Assembly (NCBI GenBank): GCA_963726295.1
Contig: CAVSBW010000009.1
Coordinates: 629-64,628 of the forward strand
DNA length: 64,000 bases
Origin: an uncultured Actinomycetota bacterium
GTDB taxonomy: Bacteria > Actinomycetota > Actinomycetes > Actinomycetales > Dermatophilaceae
Direction: 5' to 3'
The notes beneath the pieces are model-generated. The model saw only the letters and a list, made by a program, of their open reading frames with translations. It had not been told where the DNA came from and made no database searches. The position numbers and the translations under genes are program-made. This document shows positions 20,359 through 28,783 of this stretch, one piece after another; the stretch's first letter is position 1; each line of letters starts with the position of its first letter.

Positions 20359-20571
20359 ATGAACCCCTTCGACGACCCCGACGGCCGCTTCATCGTCCTC
20401 GTGAACGACGAGGAGCAGCACTCCCTCTGGCCCGCCCGGATGGACGTCCCCGCAGGGTGGCGAACCGTGCACGGAGAGGACGACCGGCAGTCGTGCCTCG
20501 ACTACATCGAGGCCAACTGGACCGACATCCGCCCCCTCAGCGCCCGCCGCGACGCGTCGCCGGTCGCCTGA
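20359..20571 (+). CDS. MbtH-like protein
   Basis: [34 protein letters not shown]...[14 protein letters not shown] is the canonical MbtH signature (NxExQxSxWP...PxGW). Confidence 0.9.
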   Translation: MNPFDDPDGRFIVLVNDEEQHSLWPARMDVPAGWRTVHGEDDRQSCLDYIEANWTDIRPLSARRDASPVA

Positions 20572-20594
20572 GCGGGCGCCCACCGGCTCGCGGC

Positions 20595-21446
20595 ATGCTA
20601 CCGCCGTCGTCGACGGGCGTCGTCGCCGACGACCTCGACTCGCGCTGGCTCAAGCGCCTCCGTCCGGCGGGAACGCCGGCCGGGGACGTCACCCTCTTCT
20701 GCTTCCACCACGCCGGCGGCAGCGCCACCGTGTACCGCGCGTGGGGCACGCGGCTCGAGCCGGCCGTCGACCCGGTCGCCGTGCAGTTGCCCGGCCGGGC
20801 GGACCGGTTCAACGAGGACCCGTACGACCGGTTCCCCCCGCTCGTCGACGCAGTCGTGGAGACGCTCACCCCGATGCTCGATCGGCCCTTCGCGTTCTAC
20901 GGCGCGAGCATGGGCGCACGCCTCGCGTGGGCGGTGACCCTTCGGCTGCGTGAGCTCACGCTGCCGCTCCCGGTCCGGCTGTTCCTGGCGTGCGAGCCGG
21001 GGCCGTGGCACGACGACGGGTCCCGGCCGTGGGAGGCCTGGCCCGGGGGGCTGCCGGGCTACATGCGCGACCTCGGCGGCACCCCGCCGGAGGTCCTCGC
21101 CCAGCCGGAGGTCGTCTCGATCCTCCTGCCGACCCTGCGAGCGGACCTCGTCGCTCTGACGACCGCCCCGGGCCGGCCGGACACCCCCCTGGACATCCCC
21201 ATCCACGCCTTCGCCGGGACGACCGACGAGGTCGCCCCACCGGCGCGGATGGCCGCCTGGGCCGACGAGACGTCAGCGGGGTTCGTCCTCGAACTCGTCC
21301 CCGGCAGCCACTTCTTCGACGAGGACGGCGAGTGGCAGGTCCTGCGAGCCATCTCGAGGGACCTGCGCCGCCCTCTCGCAGGGGGAGCTGGTCGCCCCAC
21401 GACCACCGACCTCGACGCCGCCACGGGACGAACGGAGCCGTCATGA
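20595..21446 (+). CDS. Type II thioesterase (canonical Ser nucleophile)
   Basis: In-frame part of ORF 20457..21446 from ATG 20595. Motifs: LFCFHHAGGSATVY and FYGASMGARLAW (GxSxG). ATGA overlap with the next NRPS (21443-21446). Confidence 0.8.
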   Translation: MLPPSSTGVVADDLDSRWLKRLRPAGTPAGDVTLFCFHHAGGSATVYRAWGTRLEPAVDPVAVQLPGRADRFNEDPYDRFPPLVDAVVETLTPMLDRPFAFYGASMGARLAWAVTLRLRELTLPLPVRLFLACEPGPWHDDGSRPWEAWPGGLPGYMRDLGGTPPEVLAQPEVVSILLPTLRADLVALTTAPGRPDTPLDIPIHAFAGTTDEVAPPARMAAWADETSAGFVLELVPGSHFFDEDGEWQVLRAISRDLRRPLAGGAGRPTTTDLDAATGRTEPS

Positions 21447-24400
21447 CCCAGACCCATCGCGAAACCGCCCGGACGGGGCGCCTCGACACGATCCTCCCCA
21501 TCCCCCGGGGCGAGGGGATGCCGTGCACGCTGCAGCAGGAGGGCTTGTGGTTCGAGCACCAGCTGAACCCGGATTCGTCGGCATACCACATGGGCTTCGC
21601 GCTGCGGTTGCGTGGGGCGTTGGACGTGGGGGCGTTGCGGTCGGCCCTGTCGGCGCTGATCGTGCGTCACGAGGTGTTGCGGACCCGGTTCGTCGGGCAG
21701 GGCGGTCTCCCGCGGCAGGTGGTCGATGACCCGGCGGAGGACTTCGAGCTTCGGGTCGAGCCGGTCGAGCCGGCCGCGGTCGAAGCCTGGGCCGCCGCCC
21801 AGGTGGACGAGCCGATGGATCTGGCCACGGGCCCGCTGCTGCGGGTGCGGCTGGCCGGCACCGGGCCGCAGGAGTACGTCCTGGTCCTGGTCCTGCACCA
21901 CATCGTCGGCGACGGCTGGTCGATCCGCCTGCTCGGGGAGGAGCTCTCCCGGCTGTACACGGCCGAGGTGACCGGGGGCGAGGCCGACCTGACCCCGCTG
22001 CCGATCCAGTCCGCCGACCACGCCGCGTGGCAGCGCAGCCGGGTCGACGACGCCGAGGTCGAGCGCCAGCTCGCCTTCTGGGTCGAGAACCTCGCCGACC
22101 TGCCCACGATCGACCTACCCACCGACCGGCCCCGCCCCGCCCAGCCGACCGGCGAGGGCGGCTTCATCCGGCGAGAGCTACCGGTCGAGGTCGGGTCCTC
22201 GGCCCGGGAGTTCGCGCGGACCCGTCGGGTGTCGTTCCTGGCGGTGTTGCACGCAGCGTTGCTGTGCGTGCTGAACCGGTGGACCGGGCAGGAGGACCTC
22301 CCGGTGGGGTCGGTGTTCTCGGGGCGGAACCGGCCCGAGGTCGAACCACTAGTCGGGTTGTTCGTCAACCAGGTGGTGCTGCGCACGTCCGTGGCGGGCG
22401 AGCCCTCCTTCGAGGAGCTGGTCCAGCGCTGCCACGAGTGCATCATGGACGCTGCCGCGCATGAGGACACCCCGTTCAACGTCGTCGTCGAGGCCGTCCA
22501 GCCCGAGCGGGTCGCCGGGCGGAACCCGCTCTTCCAGGTGGGGTTCACCCTCCAGTCGACCGGCCCGAGCTTCCCCGACCTCTGCCCCGAGCGACTGGAG
22601 ACCACGGCTGAGGTCCTCGGCACGGGTCACTCGATGTTCGACGTCGAGATCGAGATCGACGAGGCCGTGTCCGGCCGGCTCACGATGCGCACCGAGTACT
22701 CGAGCGAGCTGTTCGATGCCGAGCGGGTGGAGCGGTTGGTGGCCCACTTCGGGGCCGCGCTGGCCGGGGGGTTGGCCGACCCGCAGGCCCCCGCGTCCTC
22801 GATCGAGGTGATGGACCGGGCGGAACGCGAGCACGTCCTGACCACGGGCAACGACACCACCATGGCGTACCCCACCACCCTGCTGCACCACCTCGTCGAG
22901 AACCAGGCCCGCACCCACCCCGAGGCCGTGGCCGTCCTCGACCACGACGGCACCACCCACACCTACCGCGAGCTGGACCGAGCCGCCAACCGCCTCGCCC
23001 ACCACCTGCGCACCCACCTGGACCCGGACACCTGCACCCCGGTCGGCGTCAGCCTCCACCGCGGCATCGGCCTGGTCACCGCCCTCCTGGCCTGCTGGAA
23101 GGCCGGCGCCACCTACCTGCCCCTGGACCCCGACCTTCCCCGCGAGCGACTCCACCGGCTCCACACCGACGCCACCCCCGCCGCCGTCATCACCACCAGC
23201 ACCATCCCTGCACCCCCCGACAGCCCACCGCGCATCCACCTCGACACCGAAACCGACATCCTCGACACCCACCCCGACACCGCCCCACCGAACCGGCTCA
23301 CCCCCCACGACCCCGCCTACATCCTCTACACCTCGGGCTCCACCGGAACCCCCAAGGGCGTCCAGGTCCCCCACCACGGCCTCACCAACCGGATCCAGTG
23401 GATGCAGGACGCCTACCCCATCGACGCCACCGACACCGTCCTGCACAAGACCCCCTACACCTTCGACGTCTCCCTCTGGGAGCTCATCTGGCCCCTGACC
23501 ACCGGCGCCCGCCTCGTCATCGCCGCCCCCGACGGACACCGCGACCCCCACTACCTCCACGACCTCATCGAGCACCGGAACATCACCACCGCGCACTTCG
23601 TCCCCACCATGCTCGAGACCTACCTCGACCACCTCACCACCCACGAACCCACCCCCCACGACACCCTCCGCCAGGTCTTCTGCAGCGGCGAGGCCCTCAC
23701 CACCGACACCGCCAACCGCCTTCTCGACACCCTCCCCCACACCACCCTGCACAACCTCTACGGCCCCACCGAGGCCTCCATCGACGTCACCGCCTGGACC
23801 TGCCACCCCAGCACCGACCCCACCCCCATCGGCCTGCCCATCGCCAACCACCGCGCCTACGTCCTGGACCGCCACCTGCGCCCCGTCCCCCTCGGCGTCC
23901 CTGGCCACCTCCACATCGCCGGCACCGGCCTGGCCCACGGCTACCTCAACCAACCCACCACCACCGCCACCACCTTCATCGCCGACCCCTACACCCCCCA
24001 CCCCGGCACCCGCATGTACGCCACCGGCGACCTCGTCCGCCGCCGCACCGACGGCACCCTCGACTACCTCGGCCGCACCGACCGCCAAACCAAGCTCAAC
24101 GGCCAACGCCTCGAACCCGCCGAGGTCGAGACCACCCTCACCACCCACCCCGACATCACCCACGCCACCGTCCAGGTCCACCACGACACCCTCACCGCCT
24201 ACCTCCTCCCCACCCCCGGCACCACCCCCGACCCCACCAGGATCCGCGAACACCTCGCCGACCGGCTCCCGGTCTACATGATCCCCACCCACTACATCAC
24301 CCTCGACGAACTTCCCCTCACCACCAGCGGAAAGCTCGACCACAACCGCCTCCCCCACCCCACCGACCACACCCCCACCCACCAACCCCCCACCACCCCC

Positions 24401-27400
24401 ACCGAACACTGGCTCACCACCACCTGCACCGACCTCCTCGACACCACCACCCCCATCGGGATGCACCACACCTTCTTCGACATCGGCGGCAACTCACTCC
24501 ACGCCACCCGACTCCTCGCCCGCATCCGCGACCACTACGACATCCACCTCCACCTCCGCGACCTCTTCACCCACCCCACCCTCGCCCACCTCGCCACCCT
24601 CATCGACAACGCCACCCCCACCCACGACCCCACCACCCCCACCCCACCAACCGAGCTGGACTCGGAGATCGCCGAGCTCGAGCGCCGGCTGGCCGAGCGC
24701 ACCGAGCTCGAGCGCCTGCTGGCCGAGAAGCGGGCGGCCAAGGAGAAGCGCAAGGCCGCCCGCCGCATCGAACCCGTCCCGCGAGGCGAGGGGATGCCGT
24801 GCACGCTGCAGCAGGAGGGCTTGTGGTTCGAGCACCAGCTGAACCCGGATTCGTCGGCCTACCACATCGCCTTCGCGCTGCGGTTGCGTGGGGCGTTGGA
24901 CGTGGGGGCGTTGCGGTCGGCCCTGTCGGCGCTGATCGTGCGTCACGAGGTGTTGCGGACCCGGTTCGTCGGGCAGGGCGGTCTCCCGCGGCAGGTGGTC
25001 GATGACCCGGCGGAGGACTTCGAGCTTCGGGTCGAGCCGGTCGAGCCGGCCGCGGTCGAAGCCTGGGCCGCCGCCCAGGTGGACGAGCCGATGGATCTGG
25101 CCACGGGCCCGCTGCTGCGGGTGCGGCTGGCCGGCACCGGGCCGCAGGAGTACGTCCTGGTCCTGGTCCTGCACCACATCGTCGGCGACGGCTGGTCGAT
25201 CCGCCTGCTCGGGGAGGAGCTCTCCCGGCTGTACACGGCCGAGGTGACCGGGGGCGAGGCCGACCTGACCCCGCTGCCGATCCAGTCCGCCGACCACGCC
25301 GCGTGGCAGCGCAGCCGGGTCGACGACGCCGAGGTCGAGCGCCAGCTCGCCTTCTGGGTCGAGAACCTCGCCGACCTGCCCACGATCGACCTACCCACCG
25401 ACCGGCCCCGCCCCGCCCAGCCGACCGGTGCCGGGACGGGGTCCGACCATGCCCTCCCCGAGGCTGTCGGGCACGCCGCCCGGGAGTTCGCGCGGACCCG
25501 TCGGGTGTCGTTCCTGGCGGTGTTGCACGCAGCGTTGCTGTGCGTGCTGAACCGGTGGACCGGGCAGGAGGACCTCCCGGTGGGGTCGGTGTTCTCGGGG
25601 CGGAACCGGCCCGAGGTCGAACCACTGGTCGGGTTGTTCGTCAACCAGGTGGTGCTGCGCACGTCCGTGGCGGGCGAGCCCTCCTTCGAGGAGCTGGTCC
25701 AGCGCTGCCACGAGTGCATCATGGACGCGACGACCTACCAGGACCTCCCGTTCACCAGCGTCGTCGAGGCCCTCCAGCCGAAGCGGGTCGCCGGGCGGAA
25801 CCCCCTCTTCCAGGTCAACCTCACCCTCCAGCCGCCCAGCGCGTCACTGGGCGGGCTGAGGCTGCACGACGTCGCCGCCGAGCCCCTGAGCGTGGACTTC
25901 ATGAGCTCCCACCTCGACCTGTCGCTCGGCGTGACGCAGGACGCCGACGGCAGCCTGGTCGTCGGGACCGAGTACTCGAGCGAGCTGTTCGATGCCGAGC
26001 GGGTGGAGCGGTTGGTGGCCCACTTCGGGGCCGCGCTGGCCGGGGGGTTGGCCGACCCGCAGGCCCCCGCGTCCTCGATCGAGGTGATGGACCGGGCGGA
26101 ACGCGAGCACGTCCTGACCACGGGCAACGACACCACCATGGCGTACCCCACCACCCTGCTGCACCACCTCGTCGAGAACCAGGCCCGCACCCACCCCGAG
26201 GCCGTGGCCGTCCTCGACCACGACGGCACCACCCACACCTACCGCGAGCTGGACCGAGCCGCCAACCGCCTCGCCCACCACCTGCGCACCCACCTGGACC
26301 CGGACACCTGCACCCCGGTCGGCGTCAGCCTCCACCGCGGCATCGGCCTGGTCACCGCCCTCCTGGCCTGCTGGAAGGCCGGCGCCACCTACCTGCCCCT
26401 GGACCCCGACCTTCCCCGCGAGCGACTCCACCGGCTCCACACCGACGCCACCCCCGCCGCCGTCATCACCACCAGCACCATCCCTGCACCCCCCGACAGC
26501 CCACCGCGCATCCACCTCGACACCGAAACCGACATCCTCGACACCCACCCCGACACCGCCCCACCGAACCGGCTCACCCCCCACGACCCCGCCTACATCC
26601 TCTACACCTCGGGCTCCACCGGAACCCCCAAGGGCGTCCAGGTCCCCCACCACGGCCTCACCAACCGGATCCAGTGGATGCAGGACGCCTACCCCATCGA
26701 CGCCACCGACACCGTCCTGCACAAGACCCCCTACACCTTCGACGTCTCCCTCTGGGAGCTCATCTGGCCCCTGACCACCGGCGCCCGCCTCGTCATCGCC
26801 GCCCCCGACGGACACCGCGACCCCCACTACCTCCACGACCTCATCGAGCACCGGAACATCACCACCGCGCACTTCGTCCCCACCATGCTCGAGACCTACC
26901 TCGACCACCTCACCACCCACGAACCCACCCCCCACGACACCCTCCGCCAGGTCTTCTGCAGCGGCGAGGCCCTCACCACCGACACCGCCAACCGCCTTCT
27001 CGACACCCTCCCCCACACCACCCTGCACAACCTCTACGGCCCCACCGAGGCCTCCATCGACGTCACCGCCTGGACCTGCCACCCCAGCACCGACCCCACC
27101 CCCATCGGCCTGCCCATCGCCAACCACCGCGCCTACGTCCTGGACCGCCACCTGCGCCCCGTCCCCCTCGGCGTCCCTGGCCACCTCCACATCGCCGGCA
27201 CCGGCCTGGCCCACGGCTACCTCAACCAACCCACCACCACCGCCACCACCTTCATCGCCGACCCCTACACCCCCCACCCCGGCACCCGCATGTACGCCAC
27301 CGGCGACCTCGTCCGCCGCCGCACCGACGGCACCCTCGACTACCTCGGCCGCACCGACCGCCAAACCAAGCTCAACGGCCAACGCCTCGAACCCGCCGAG

Positions 27401-28774
27401 GTCGAGACCACCCTCACCACCCACCCCGACATCACCCACGCCACCGTCCAGGTCCACCACGACACCCTCACCGCCTACCTCCTCCCCACCCCCGGCACCA
27501 CCCCCGACCCCACCAGGATCCGCGAACACCTCGCCGACCGGCTCCCGGTCTACATGATCCCCACCCACTACATCACCCTCGACGAACTTCCCCTCACCAC
27601 CAGCGGAAAGCTCGACCACAACCGCCTCCCCCACCCCACCGACCACACCCCCACCCACCAACCCCCCACCACCCCCACCGAACACTGGCTCACCACCACC
27701 TGCACCGACCTCCTCGACACCACCACCCCCATCGGGATGCACCACACCTTCTTCGACATCGGCGGCAACTCACTCCACGCCACCCGACTCCTCGCCCGCA
27801 TCCGCGACCACTACGACATCCACCTCCACCTCCGCGACCTCTTCACCCACCCCACCCTCGCCCACCTCGCCACCCTCATCGACAACGCCACCCCCACCCA
27901 CGACCCCACCACCCCCACCCCACCAACCGAGCCGCCGACCGGCAGCCTCGTAACGTTCCGCTCCGAGGGGAGTCGTCCGCCACTGTTCCTCATCCACCCC
28001 GTCGGCGGGTCCGTCGCGGGCTACGCGGAGCTGGCCGTCGCCCTCGGCGAGGACCAGCCCGTGCACGCCATCGAGGACCCCGCCCTGCACGGGCAGGTGC
28101 CGCCGGCCGACCTGGCCGAGCGCGCCGAGGCCTACGCCCGCCTCATCCGCGAGGTCCTACCACACGGTCCGTACCTCGTGGGTGGCTGGTCCCTCGGCGG
28201 TGTCATCGCCCACGAGACCGCCCGCCTGCTCGGGGGCGACGGCGACGCGGTGACGGTCCTCGCCCTCGACGCCGCGACCGTCCCCGAGCGCACGGCGGAG
28301 CCCGACGACCTCGAGGTCGGCGCCGCCTTCCTCACCGACCTCGCGGGGAGCGCCGCCGTCACCCTGCCCGACATCGACCGCGACACGCTGCACGACCTGG
28401 GCCGGCCGGCCCTGGAGAAGCTCGCCCTCGACACCCTCATCGAGGCCGGGGTGGCGCCCGAAGCGCTGCGCGACGAGCTGCACACCCGGCTCCTCGCCTT
28501 CGAGGGCAACTACCGCGGTGCCTTCCGGCAGCCGACCCGTCGGGGTGAGCACACCGTGGTCCTCATCAGTGCCGCGGACAACCCAGAGGGCGCCGGTGAC
28601 CGCGGGTGGCTCGGGCTCACCCCCGACCTGCGCCGTCGCACCACACCCGGCGACCACTACACGATGTGGCGGGAACCAAACCTCGGCCAGCTCACCACCA
28701 ACCTCGCCGCCGCGCTCAAGGACGCCACCGTGACACCGCGGCAGCCCGTGACCGCCCCCGAAACCCCCAGGTAG
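21443..28774 (+). CDS. Bimodular NRPS, C-A-T-C-A-T-TE
   Basis: In-frame part of ORF 20990..28774 from ATG 21443 (MTQTHRETAR). HHIVGDGWS occurs twice. A domains: AYILYTSGSTGTPKGV, NLYGPTEASID, YATGDLVRRRTDGTLDYLGRTDRQTKLNGQRLEPAEVE, TSGKLD. T domains: FFDIGGNSLHATRL. TE: GGWSLGG. Confidence 0.9.
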   Translation: MTQTHRETARTGRLDTILPIPRGEGMPCTLQQEGLWFEHQLNPDSSAYHMGFALRLRGALDVGALRSALSALIVRHEVLRTRFVGQGGLPRQVVDDPAEDFELRVEPVEPAAVEAWAAAQVDEPMDLATGPLLRVRLAGTGPQEYVLVLVLHHIVGDGWSIRLLGEELSRLYTAEVTGGEADLTPLPIQSADHAAWQRSRVDDAEVERQLAFWVENLADLPTIDLPTDRPRPAQPTGEGGFIRRELPVEVGSSAREFARTRRVSFLAVLHAALLCVLNRWTGQEDLPVGSVFSGRNRPEVEPLVGLFVNQVVLRTSVAGEPSFEELVQRCHECIMDAAAHEDTPFNVVVEAVQPERVAGRNPLFQVGFTLQSTGPSFPDLCPERLETTAEVLGTGHSMFDVEIEIDEAVSGRLTMRTEYSSELFDAERVERLVAHFGAALAGGLADPQAPASSIEVMDRAEREHVLTTGNDTTMAYPTTLLHHLVENQARTHPEAVAVLDHDGTTHTYRELDRAANRLAHHLRTHLDPDTCTPVGVSLHRGIGLVTALLACWKAGATYLPLDPDLPRERLHRLHTDATPAAVITTSTIPAPPDSPPRIHLDTETDILDTHPDTAPPNRLTPHDPAYILYTSGSTGTPKGVQVPHHGLTNRIQWMQDAYPIDATDTVLHKTPYTFDVSLWELIWPLTTGARLVIAAPDGHRDPHYLHDLIEHRNITTAHFVPTMLETYLDHLTTHEPTPHDTLRQVFCSGEALTTDTANRLLDTLPHTTLHNLYGPTEASIDVTAWTCHPSTDPTPIGLPIANHRAYVLDRHLRPVPLGVPGHLHIAGTGLAHGYLNQPTTTATTFIADPYTPHPGTRMYATGDLVRRRTDGTLDYLGRTDRQTKLNGQRLEPAEVETTLTTHPDITHATVQVHHDTLTAYLLPTPGTTPDPTRIREHLADRLPVYMIPTHYITLDELPLTTSGKLDHNRLPHPTDHTPTHQPPTTPTEHWLTTTCTDLLDTTTPIGMHHTFFDIGGNSLHATRLLARIRDHYDIHLHLRDLFTHPTLAHLATLIDNATPTHDPTTPTPPTELDSEIAELERRLAERTELERLLAEKRAAKEKRKAARRIEPVPRGEGMPCTLQQEGLWFEHQLNPDSSAYHIAFALRLRGALDVGALRSALSALIVRHEVLRTRFVGQGGLPRQVVDDPAEDFELRVEPVEPAAVEAWAAAQVDEPMDLATGPLLRVRLAGTGPQEYVLVLVLHHIVGDGWSIRLLGEELSRLYTAEVTGGEADLTPLPIQSADHAAWQRSRVDDAEVERQLAFWVENLADLPTIDLPTDRPRPAQPTGAGTGSDHALPEAVGHAAREFARTRRVSFLAVLHAALLCVLNRWTGQEDLPVGSVFSGRNRPEVEPLVGLFVNQVVLRTSVAGEPSFEELVQRCHECIMDATTYQDLPFTSVVEALQPKRVAGRNPLFQVNLTLQPPSASLGGLRLHDVAAEPLSVDFMSSHLDLSLGVTQDADGSLVVGTEYSSELFDAERVERLVAHFGAALAGGLADPQAPASSIEVMDRAEREHVLTTGNDTTMAYPTTLLHHLVENQARTHPEAVAVLDHDGTTHTYRELDRAANRLAHHLRTHLDPDTCTPVGVSLHRGIGLVTALLACWKAGATYLPLDPDLPRERLHRLHTDATPAAVITTSTIPAPPDSPPRIHLDTETDILDTHPDTAPPNRLTPHDPAYILYTSGSTGTPKGVQVPHHGLTNRIQWMQDAYPIDATDTVLHKTPYTFDVSLWELIWPLTTGARLVIAAPDGHRDPHYLHDLIEHRNITTAHFVPTMLETYLDHLTTHEPTPHDTLRQVFCSGEALTTDTANRLLDTLPHTTLHNLYGPTEASIDVTAWTCHPSTDPTPIGLPIANHRAYVLDRHLRPVPLGVPGHLHIAGTGLAHGYLNQPTTTATTFIADPYTPHPGTRMYATGDLVRRRTDGTLDYLGRTDRQTKLNGQRLEPAEVETTLTTHPDITHATVQVHHDTLTAYLLPTPGTTPDPTRIREHLADRLPVYMIPTHYITLDELPLTTSGKLDHNRLPHPTDHTPTHQPPTTPTEHWLTTTCTDLLDTTTPIGMHHTFFDIGGNSLHATRLLARIRDHYDIHLHLRDLFTHPTLAHLATLIDNATPTHDPTTPTPPTEPPTGSLVTFRSEGSRPPLFLIHPVGGSVAGYAELAVALGEDQPVHAIEDPALHGQVPPADLAERAEAYARLIREVLPHGPYLVGGWSLGGVIAHETARLLGGDGDAVTVLALDAATVPERTAEPDDLEVGAAFLTDLAGSAAVTLPDIDRDTLHDLGRPALEKLALDTLIEAGVAPEALRDELHTRLLAFEGNYRGAFRQPTRRGEHTVVLISAADNPEGAGDRGWLGLTPDLRRRTTPGDHYTMWREPNLGQLTTNLAAALKDATVTPRQPVTAPETPR
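21509..24656 (+). repeat. Copy 1 of the intragenic tandem module duplication (C-A-T), period 3,276 bp
   Basis: Direct comparison of sequence lines and of ORF-track translations in several frames with the region offset by +3276. The copies are mosaic, with near-identical blocks and two divergent patches. Confidence 0.9.
24785..27932 (+). repeat. Copy 2 of the intragenic tandem module duplication (C-A-T)
   Basis: Same comparison as copy 1. 25967..27932 appears identical to 22691..24656. Confidence 0.9.
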
Positions 28775-28783
28775 GAGATCACG

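Noticed and set aside
22349-24469. 706-aa Gly/Val/Asp-rich antisense ORF, with its twin at 25844..27745
   Set aside because: It is the reverse-complement frame of the C-rich NRPS coding strand. The composition is low-complexity, there are no motifs, and it is fully nested in a gene with strong NRPS core motifs.
21509-27932. Whether the long repeat could be a CRISPR array, IS element or rRNA-type repeat
   Set aside because: There are only two copies of ~3.1 kb. They are in frame inside one NRPS gene and encode C-A-T domains. There is no short repeat-spacer structure or transposase.
23398-28548. Long Pro/His/Arg-rich plus-strand ORFs (23398..25005 and 25303..28548)
   Set aside because: These are out-of-frame readings of the same NRPS. 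Such open frames are expected in DNA that is high-GC and poor in stop codons.
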